This document shows, in pieces, positions 17,893 through 25,156 of a DNA stretch of 28,193 nucleotides; position 1 is the stretch's first letter, and every line of letters begins with the position of its first letter. The stretch is from an uncultured bacterium. GTDB lineage: Bacteria > JAJVIF01 > JAPKYR01. Both the position numbers and the translations under genes were made by a program. The notes beneath the pieces are model-generated. The model made no database searches. It saw nothing but the letters and a program-made list of their open reading frames with translations, and was not told the DNA's origin. The DNA lies in assembly GCA_965369865.1 (NCBI GenBank), contig CBDURU010000037.1, positions 1 through 28,193 of the forward strand, given 5' to 3'.

Positions 17893-17984
17893 TAACAGGA
17901 TCTATCGATATCGATGCCTTATCCTGTGGGATTTCCTGTCCATTTTCAGATTGCCATGGACACCACTTGGGAGATATATAATAT

Positions 17985-18896
17985 ATGGGAAAATCCGTTA
18001 AGAATTTATTTAAAACTCTCCCGGAACCGCCAAAAATCCACCTGATTGCCATAGGTAATGAACTCCTGAACGGCGAAACCCGGGAAACCAACCTTGCATG
18101 GCTCACTAAATGGTTCACGAGACGCGGTGGTCATGTTTGTCGCGCGGCTATTATCCCCGATAATTTCGAAGCTGTCGGGATGGAAATTACATCCGCGATC
18201 GAAAGTGGAATCGACCTGGTCGTCACCACCGGGGGACTTGGGCCAACCGATGATGATTCCACTATGGCGGCGGTCGCGAGCTGCATTGGACTGCCAATTG
18301 AAATCAACCAGGAAGCTCTGGGCTATGTAAAAGAACGAATCAAATCACTCTCGAAATACCGTCCCGGGATCCCAACCAGGCTCAATAAGGAACGACAGTC
18401 GATGGCGGTTTGTCCGGTGGGCTGCAAACCTCTCCGAAATCCGGTTGGGGTCGCTCCGGGTATGTTCCACAAGATTAAAGGCACCACCCTGATTGTCCTT
18501 CCCGGGGTCCCTTCCGAGATGAAGGGAATTATTAAAGAAACCCTGAAACCATTCTGGAAAAGTTTTTTTAAGGGAATCTGCTATGTCCGCCGAAACATCA
18601 TCCTGAAAGGAATCCCCGAAGCTGAACTTGCGCCGTTCATTCGCAGGGCAAACAGGAAGGACCCATCGGTTTATGTAAAATCTAGGTTGAAGTTAATCGG
18701 CAAACCGGTGAAATCGACAAAACGTTTATTGCCGGGTGAACTGCGATGGCAGATAATCCTTCATTTCTCAGTCACTGAATGCGACAGGAAATGCGGGAAC
18801 GATCGAGTCAACGCTCTCGTTGATTTTTTAATAAAGGATGTGCGCAGGAAATATAAATACCCGTTTCAGGTAGACTTGAACCCAGGCAGGGTGTAG
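17985..18896 (+). CDS. CinA N-terminal-type molybdopterin-binding-fold protein (COG1058-like), no C-terminal PncC deamidase domain
   Basis: IGNELLNG..ETN, TTGGLGPTDDD, NPVGVAPG, LPGVPSEM motifs; 303 aa, lacks the AESCTGG motif. Confidence 0.85.
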   Translation: MGKSVKNLFKTLPEPPKIHLIAIGNELLNGETRETNLAWLTKWFTRRGGHVCRAAIIPDNFEAVGMEITSAIESGIDLVVTTGGLGPTDDDSTMAAVASCIGLPIEINQEALGYVKERIKSLSKYRPGIPTRLNKERQSMAVCPVGCKPLRNPVGVAPGMFHKIKGTTLIVLPGVPSEMKGIIKETLKPFWKSFFKGICYVRRNIILKGIPEAELAPFIRRANRKDPSVYVKSRLKLIGKPVKSTKRLLPGELRWQIILHFSVTECDRKCGNDRVNALVDFLIKDVRRKYKYPFQVDLNPGRV

Positions 18897-18974
18897 GGAC
18901 CGGAACACACATCGGTATCGATATTTTTTTTAAAAAATAATCTCTACAGTTAATCCAGTTGAAAGCACAATAAC

Positions 18975-19003
18975 TTGACACAACGCCTCTGATTTTATAT
19001 TCT
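18975..19003 (+). promoter_or_regulatory. Sigma70-type promoter for the 989-aa lipoprotein
   Basis: TTGACA-17 bp-TATTCT; inverted repeat ACAGGGAA-cta-TTCCCTGT at 19030-19048 downstream. Confidence 0.65.
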
Positions 19004-19096
19004 TACTTTAATTTATAGTATATTGCTTTACAGGGAACTATTCCCTGTTGCCGGTTAATCATTTAACAGGAAAAATTCAATCAGGAAGGTCCAACC

Positions 19097-22066
19097 ATGT
19101 ACAAATCACGAAGCTGTCTGATCTTGGGTTTCGCAATTTTGCTATCGGCATTATTTGGTTGCTCAGGAGGGGGTAACAGTCCTGTCCACCCGGATTCTAT
19201 CACTCCTGAAATATCGGGTTCGATTCACGCCCCGACGGTGCATTCCAACCTTTTGGGGTATTACGATGTTTATTTCGATTATGAGAAACGGACATTTGAG
19301 ATTTTTGAGAATCGAACGGCAAGTTTCACTCTTAACATTGTGCCGTTTCTCAACATGATGATGGTACCTCAATACGGGATCACTTTTGGATCAATCGTTA
19401 TCCACGACGATGATCCGACTTTTCTTGGTGTTGATGTCGTGTTCTATGTGCATCACCCGTTCCCCGCATATGAACAATACAACGCGTACGATCTGATGAG
19501 CGTAGTGATCGGAAACGGGAATCAAAATATGCTATACGGTGGCCTCAATGTCGCAGAACATGGTAGAGACCTGTGGATGAATAATCCGGATGGTTATACC
19601 CGTTGGTTCAACCCGATCGATTTCACTTCAGAACTGATCTTCGGTTATGCCCCCGGTGGATACCAAAACCTTAAAGGTACCGCCCAGGTGAACCCATTTA
19701 TGTATTATTCCAAGCACCTTGGAGCGAAAGATAACCTCTGGCCGTATCTGACCGGAGATCTGAATTTCGACGGGTTCTTCGAAAGCGGTGCAGGAAGAAT
19801 GATGGAACTTGAATTTCCCCTGCACCCCTATGGGATTGGATTGATGTTCGGATACGCGGTGGTCGTGGCTTGGGAAGAACAGGGACCCAACGGACCCTAT
19901 TATCCTTACCATAGGCCTGAAGCTATCGCGGCTTTGGTAGATCAGACTCCCGATGTCTGGTATAACCCGATCGATGGATCGGGCGGCAGTTTGATTCTGG
20001 ATGTCGACATTTTCGGGTGGGAGATCCAGCCTTCTACAATCAAGCTTGATTCGAGCGTTCTTGGGAAAATCGAAGAATTCGATGCCGCCGCGATCGGGAT
20101 GCCGGTGTCCGACCATGTTTCAACATACCATGTGGAAGCGATAGCTATGCCTCTTGACACTGCGGACAATCATCACGTGTGGGTGATCGCGGAATACGAG
20201 GGATACGATTATTCCAACGGACTGCCGGAAATTCCACATGCCGACGGGCCACTTGCGGCATTTTTCCGTTATCCTGTGCTTGTTCTTGGAGAACCCGGGA
20301 TCGTTGAGCCGAATGTCCTCACCATTGATCCCAATTGGGGTGAGGTGGATACTCAGTTAACAGGTGTAACCATTACCGGCGAATTCTTCGAACCGACATG
20401 TACGGTGATGCTTGAATATTCTCCCGGCGACACGATCCCCGGTGATAATCTCGTCTGGCTGGATGCTGAAACGCTGGAAATTGATTTCGATCTCAACGGA
20501 GCCACTATCGGCGACTATGATGTCATGGTTACAAATCCTGGAAATCTTGTGGGATCCCTTGAAGATGGCTTTTCGGTCCATCATCCGCCGGTAGTACTGG
20601 CAATCGATCCCAATATGGGAAGTGTCGATGATGTATTGAATGCCACTGTCACCGGGAACTATTTCGCCGACGGCTGCCAGGTTGAGCTTCAGGAAGTTGA
20701 GGGGCCTTTTATTGTCGAGGCCGACAGCGAATTTTGGGTTTCTGAAACAGAAATTACCTGCTCTCTCACTCTCGCGGGCGCGCCGCAGGGTTACTACGAC
20801 GTGGTTGTTATTAATCCCGATTCCCTTGAAGGCAGGCTGGATGATGGTTTTAGTGTACAAAATATCATTTACGTCGATGACTCCAACACATCCGGTGTCG
20901 AAGACGGCACGATGACAAATCCGTACAACACCATCCAGGAAGGTCTTGCTGCTGCTGTGAGCGCGGGCTACGAGGATGTCTGGGTCGATGACAGCGGAGT
21001 CAATTACATAGGACCTGTCCCTCTGGCAGCGGATATATACCTTAAATCAGAAAACTGGGATGATTCCGACGGCGATGACGAAGCGACAATCTCCGTTTCC
21101 GGTACAAGCACGGTCGTAAATGGTGCTGAAGGTGCGACAATTGATGGTTTCAAGATCACCGGCAGCCAGCGTACAGGTATATATATCAACGGTGTATCGA
21201 CAACGGTTAAAAACTGTCATATCACCTCAATAATCTGTTCAACCAACTATGCCACATTTTATGGAATCAGAGTTGCCAACTCACCCGGTACAGTAATTGA
21301 TAACTGTGAGGTTTCGGATATCAGATCCAGTAATTACTATGTGATTTGTTACGCGGTTCACCTGTCAAATTCCCCGGTTACGATGACCAATACAAAGGTC
21401 CATTACATCAGGGATACAGGCGGCTATCGGGGTTCTGCGGTTGTTTTGGCCTCAAACTGTAATCCTCAGGGAGGCAACAAGCTCGATATCAGTCACTGCT
21501 CGATATACGACTTTTCGACTGGATCATATACAACTACTTATGGGCTCTACATCAGCAATTGTAATGAAGCCGATGTGTTCAATAACCTGATCTATGATAT
21601 TACCAGTGGGAATTATGACACGCTCTATGGTGTCCGTATCAGTGGATCGACTGATGTTGAATTCGTTAACAATGTTATTTACGACATCTATAAGAACGCG
21701 TATTTCTACAGCGGCTACGGGCTGTTCATATCTACCTGTACTAACATTGATGTGCGTAACACCATAATCAGTTATCTTCACAGGAACATCCATTTGAGCA
21801 GGGCATATGGAGTGTATGTGGATGCCGCATCAACCTACACGTTTGAATACAATGACGTTTATAACTGCCAGGATGGTAACTATGTCGGCAACGCGAGCCC
21901 TGGCACAGGCTGCATCAGTGCGAACCCGCTCTATGTAAATCCCGGCACCGATTTCAATCTTCAGAGCGGATCACCATGCATCGATACCGGCGACCCCGGC
22001 ATCCAGGATCCCGACAACTCCCAGTCCGATATGGGCGCGTATGGTGGTCCTGGTGGCGACTGGTAA
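19097..22066 (+). CDS. Large lipoprotein: shared N-terminal domain + two IPT/TIG-like domains + right-handed beta-helix
   Basis: Lipobox LFGC; two P.V..IDPN.G..VTG..F..YDV.V.NP..L.DGFSV repeats; IYVDD..DGT..NPYNTIQEG then PbH1-like repeats; terminal DFNLQSGSPCIDTG..DMGAYGG. Confidence 0.85.
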   Translation: MYKSRSCLILGFAILLSALFGCSGGGNSPVHPDSITPEISGSIHAPTVHSNLLGYYDVYFDYEKRTFEIFENRTASFTLNIVPFLNMMMVPQYGITFGSIVIHDDDPTFLGVDVVFYVHHPFPAYEQYNAYDLMSVVIGNGNQNMLYGGLNVAEHGRDLWMNNPDGYTRWFNPIDFTSELIFGYAPGGYQNLKGTAQVNPFMYYSKHLGAKDNLWPYLTGDLNFDGFFESGAGRMMELEFPLHPYGIGLMFGYAVVVAWEEQGPNGPYYPYHRPEAIAALVDQTPDVWYNPIDGSGGSLILDVDIFGWEIQPSTIKLDSSVLGKIEEFDAAAIGMPVSDHVSTYHVEAIAMPLDTADNHHVWVIAEYEGYDYSNGLPEIPHADGPLAAFFRYPVLVLGEPGIVEPNVLTIDPNWGEVDTQLTGVTITGEFFEPTCTVMLEYSPGDTIPGDNLVWLDAETLEIDFDLNGATIGDYDVMVTNPGNLVGSLEDGFSVHHPPVVLAIDPNMGSVDDVLNATVTGNYFADGCQVELQEVEGPFIVEADSEFWVSETEITCSLTLAGAPQGYYDVVVINPDSLEGRLDDGFSVQNIIYVDDSNTSGVEDGTMTNPYNTIQEGLAAAVSAGYEDVWVDDSGVNYIGPVPLAADIYLKSENWDDSDGDDEATISVSGTSTVVNGAEGATIDGFKITGSQRTGIYINGVSTTVKNCHITSIICSTNYATFYGIRVANSPGTVIDNCEVSDIRSSNYYVICYAVHLSNSPVTMTNTKVHYIRDTGGYRGSAVVLASNCNPQGGNKLDISHCSIYDFSTGSYTTTYGLYISNCNEADVFNNLIYDITSGNYDTLYGVRISGSTDVEFVNNVIYDIYKNAYFYSGYGLFISTCTNIDVRNTIISYLHRNIHLSRAYGVYVDAASTYTFEYNDVYNCQDGNYVGNASPGTGCISANPLYVNPGTDFNLQSGSPCIDTGDPGIQDPDNSQSDMGAYGGPGGDW

Positions 22067-22116
22067 ATCATAAAGTCACCACTCTATTAAGAGAACTCTG
22101 ACAATCAACTAAATCT

Positions 22117-22142
22117 AAAATCATGGGCATGCCCATGATTTT
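22117..22142. terminator. Perfect 26-bp palindrome, probable terminator
   Basis: AAAATCATGGGCATGCCCATGATTTT is its own reverse complement; 50 nt after the stop at 22066. Confidence 0.6.
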
Positions 22143-22278
22143 GCTTCTTAGGTACTTCCGATCCCTGTTTGTATCACGGGTATCCCCGACACTTAATATT
22201 AAATTATCACAACGATTACTAAACCATATAAACAACCATTTACCCCCTGAACGCGATTATATTACAGGGAGAAAACAA

Positions 22279-22641
22279 ATGTTTCATCATATCAGCACAA
22301 ACCTGATTGTACGGACCGAGGCTGCTTCAGACGATAATCAATCCATGTGCCTCAGATTATCGGGAGAACTGACCTCAGATGGCGTCCATATCCTTAAACA
22401 GGCTATCGAACCCCTGTTCGTTTCCCCTCTGCCCCCACGCCTTGAACTGATTATGGAAGATATTCAGTACATGGATTCCAGCGGCATCGGGATTATTATC
22501 GCGATTATCCAGAGAATGCAGGATTCTGGCGGCAAACTTGAGATTCACGGCCTTAACGATGCCGGACGGGGCCTGTTCAAGATTTTAAAAATCGCAAGCC
22601 TTAATGATATCGTTACGATTAAGAGCCAGACAAAGACTTAA
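22279..22641 (+). CDS. STAS-domain anti-sigma factor antagonist
   Basis: LSGEL..YMDSSGIG (phosphorylatable Ser); start reassigned to ATG 22279 after GGGAG. Confidence 0.88.
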   Translation: MFHHISTNLIVRTEAASDDNQSMCLRLSGELTSDGVHILKQAIEPLFVSPLPPRLELIMEDIQYMDSSGIGIIIAIIQRMQDSGGKLEIHGLNDAGRGLFKILKIASLNDIVTIKSQTKT

Positions 22642-22660
22642 TATCTTCAGGACGCCAGCT

Positions 22661-22969
22661 ATGAAACGAACCGAGAAATTAATCATTAGCCAGACAAAGG
22701 ATGATGGGGATACCGTTATCCTCTCATTAAAGGGAGACCTTGATATCCAGACCGCGCCAAAGCTTAGAAATTTTATTAAGAAATTCCTTGAGGATGGAAA
22801 TTTTAACCTCAAGCTCGACCTGAGCAATCTCTCATACCTGGACAGTTCCGGCTATGGGGCGCTTCTGGATGCATCGCGACTGACTGGCATTACTCGGAGC
22901 AAGATCGATTTTACTAACATGCCCGCCTGGATTACTGAGTTCTTCGATATAAGTGCTCTTGAAATTTAA
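22661..22969 (+). CDS. STAS-domain anti-sigma factor antagonist
   Basis: LKGDLDIQTAPKLR..LDLSNLSYLDSSGYG; start reassigned to ATG 22661. Confidence 0.9.
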   Translation: MKRTEKLIISQTKDDGDTVILSLKGDLDIQTAPKLRNFIKKFLEDGNFNLKLDLSNLSYLDSSGYGALLDASRLTGITRSKIDFTNMPAWITEFFDISALEI

Positions 22970-22995
22970 CAGCCAGTTCATCAAGGATTGAATCT

Positions 22996-23025
22996 GATCC
23001 AGCTTCAAAGCTGGATCTTTTTTTT
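22996..23025 (+). terminator. Intrinsic terminator after the STAS pair
   Basis: GATCCAGCT-tcaa-AGCTGGATC-TTTTTTTT. Confidence 0.9.
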
Positions 23026-23091
23026 ACCGCCATCGCTAAATTTGCCCGAAGGCACGACTTTCACCCGCTATACGGTTATAATTACCGCGAC

Positions 23092-24411
23092 ATGGTTAGA
23101 AAAAAATCCATTTATTTAATTTTGTATCTAGCATTTGCCGTCTCCTTCTTCTGCATCCTTGCACTTTTATCACCCCTGTACGCCCAGGACGAAGTCCCGG
23201 TTGAAACCGTAGAATCTCCCGGCGCTGCGGACGCAGGAGATGGTTTAGCCGGAGAATCTACTCCCCCGGAATTATCGGAAGGCATCTCGCATGGCGCTTA
23301 CTGGTGGGCTGAGATCGACCCCGTGGCTATCCAGGCTTTCCTTGACTTCGGTGTCGACACTGTCTCGATCCGTCTTGGGAAGCTTGGGATTAATCCCGGA
23401 AGGCAGCAGGATGTATTCTGGGTCGATGGCGGAGATTACGATGGCCTCGCCACGCTTCCGTTGTCGTTAAGTTACAGGCTCGTAATTGAAACAGCTCACG
23501 AGTTCTGGCCTCATTACACAAACCAGAAGCTTGCAAACTGGATTGAAAGTGAACTGATACCCAACTTCAGCCATCTGTCTGTTGAAATTCAAAGCCTTGA
23601 GGTCAGGATTAATACGCATCCGGATAACAACGTCCTGGATTTCATTGAAGGTGCGAAGGACGTCAGTCCTGATTTTGGAATCGATCTTGGATTTAATGCG
23701 ATAGAGATTGGTACTGTTCCCGGAAGCTGGTTCCAGGAAGCCGGATCATTTGTCGATGGGCTGGTCGTCTACTTCATCAACGATACATTCGAGGGAATCA
23801 TGCCGAAAATTATCGACCGAAGCTGGGTTGATTACACGATCGGCGAGCTTAATGCACTTGGTGTCCCGTTCACAACAGTATTTCCAATATATAATAAATC
23901 AATTTTATTCCAGGCCGCGAATCCCGGCGACGGGCTGGAAATCCCACCCATCGACCTTGATTTGCTGGCCGATTTCGGTGTAGCAAGGCAGTTGGGAACC
24001 GCGGGAATCGAAATCACGCTGACCCGGGATTACAACGCGGGTGAGATCAGTTTCCTGGAGGGCGATAAAATCCGTATCCTTGAAAGCCTGAAAGAAATCG
24101 ACCTGAAGGAAGTTATCCAGTACCTTCCGTCTGCGGCGCCAAACCTGAACGAAATCGCGCTTTTCAGGTTTCCGTTAATTCCCGGATTCGACCCGACCGC
24201 TAACAGGGCTTTAACCGAAGCCGGATGGCTCGCCGGGTCCAGAGAATCGTCTTTCGATCCCGTAGAAGCTGAAAAGGAACAGCTTGATGAGAAACACAAC
24301 CAGGGTTCGCAGGTGATTATGATGATCACTCTCGGGCTAATGATGTTTTTACTTATGAGGATGATGAGCAGAGGAAAGGCTAAGGAAGGCGGAGAAGGCG
24401 GCGGGAAATAA
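23092..24411 (+). CDS. Exported protein with C-terminal membrane anchor; possible degenerate DUF3142/GH18-like TIM barrel
   Basis: Signal peptide (LYA|Q); VDGLVVYF, LGVPFTTVFPIY, IALFRFP segments; C-terminal hydrophobic helix plus basic tail. Family call is tentative. Confidence 0.55.
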   Translation: MVRKKSIYLILYLAFAVSFFCILALLSPLYAQDEVPVETVESPGAADAGDGLAGESTPPELSEGISHGAYWWAEIDPVAIQAFLDFGVDTVSIRLGKLGINPGRQQDVFWVDGGDYDGLATLPLSLSYRLVIETAHEFWPHYTNQKLANWIESELIPNFSHLSVEIQSLEVRINTHPDNNVLDFIEGAKDVSPDFGIDLGFNAIEIGTVPGSWFQEAGSFVDGLVVYFINDTFEGIMPKIIDRSWVDYTIGELNALGVPFTTVFPIYNKSILFQAANPGDGLEIPPIDLDLLADFGVARQLGTAGIEITLTRDYNAGEISFLEGDKIRILESLKEIDLKEVIQYLPSAAPNLNEIALFRFPLIPGFDPTANRALTEAGWLAGSRESSFDPVEAEKEQLDEKHNQGSQVIMMITLGLMMFLLMRMMSRGKAKEGGEGGGK

Positions 24412-24453
24412 GTTAAACGGTTGTATCAAATCACTTTTTCAGGGAATAGCTAG

Positions 24454-24939
24454 ATGGAACTGATCCAGATCGGGATTATCCACAGTCCTTTCAAAGAGGG
24501 AAAGGACACACCAATCCAACCCAAATTTTCCCGTGATTCGGAAGGTGTGGTCGAGGTTTATCCCGAATTCGAGGATGGGCTTGATGATATCGATGGCTAC
24601 GAGAGAATCTGGCTGATATTCGGCGCCCACAAGGCCAGGAAATCAGTACTGAAAGTGATCCCATATCGCGATACGGTCGAGCGTGGTGTTTACTCAACAC
24701 GGTCGCCTGCCCGACCGAATTCAATTTGCATATCCCCGGTTAGACTCATTGAACGTGATGGACGCAGGTTGAAAATTGCCGGTCTGGACATGCTCGATGG
24801 GTCGCCCTTGTACGATATCAAGCCTTATATACCGAAAATGGATTCATTCCCGGACGCCAGGGCCGGATGGTACGATGAGGTTCGGGGGGATAGGGAAAAT
24901 GTACAGGAAGCGGACGACAGGTTTTATAGCGGGGATTGA
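24454..24939 (+). CDS. trmO: tRNA (N6-threonylcarbamoyladenosine(37)-N6)-methyltransferase TrmO/TsaA-like
   Basis: IGIIHSPF..TPIQ, RGVYSTRSPARPNSI, GLDMLDGSPLYDIKPY. Confidence 0.92.
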   Translation: MELIQIGIIHSPFKEGKDTPIQPKFSRDSEGVVEVYPEFEDGLDDIDGYERIWLIFGAHKARKSVLKVIPYRDTVERGVYSTRSPARPNSICISPVRLIERDGRRLKIAGLDMLDGSPLYDIKPYIPKMDSFPDARAGWYDEVRGDRENVQEADDRFYSGD

Positions 24940-25010
24940 AAATATTTGACTTTATAATATATTAAATTTTGGTATACTTATTCCTCACATGCCGAATAAT
25001 TGGCGAATCA

Positions 25011-25092
25011 GGGGACTGGCTCACAGATTTGCCGCTAATACAAACGTTCACTCTCTCAGCAAACTACCCGGCAAATCTGAGTGCCTGTCCCC
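25011..25092. repeat. REP/MITE-like inverted repeat, 24-bp arms and 34-nt loop
   Basis: GGGGACTGGCTCACAGATTTGCCG / CGGCAAATCTGAGTGCCTGTCCCC pair at 21 of 24 positions. Confidence 0.85.
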
Positions 25093-25156
25093 GGTTTTTC
25101 CATTCCTTATTTGATATACTTTATTCAGCGCATGACAGTCAATTGGAGGTTAGGTT

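Noticed and set aside
22123..22278. N-terminal extension of the first STAS ORF (and the 22604 start of the second)
   Set aside because: The 22123 ATG lies inside the terminator-like palindrome; downstream ATGs have RBS-like sites and give normal STAS lengths.
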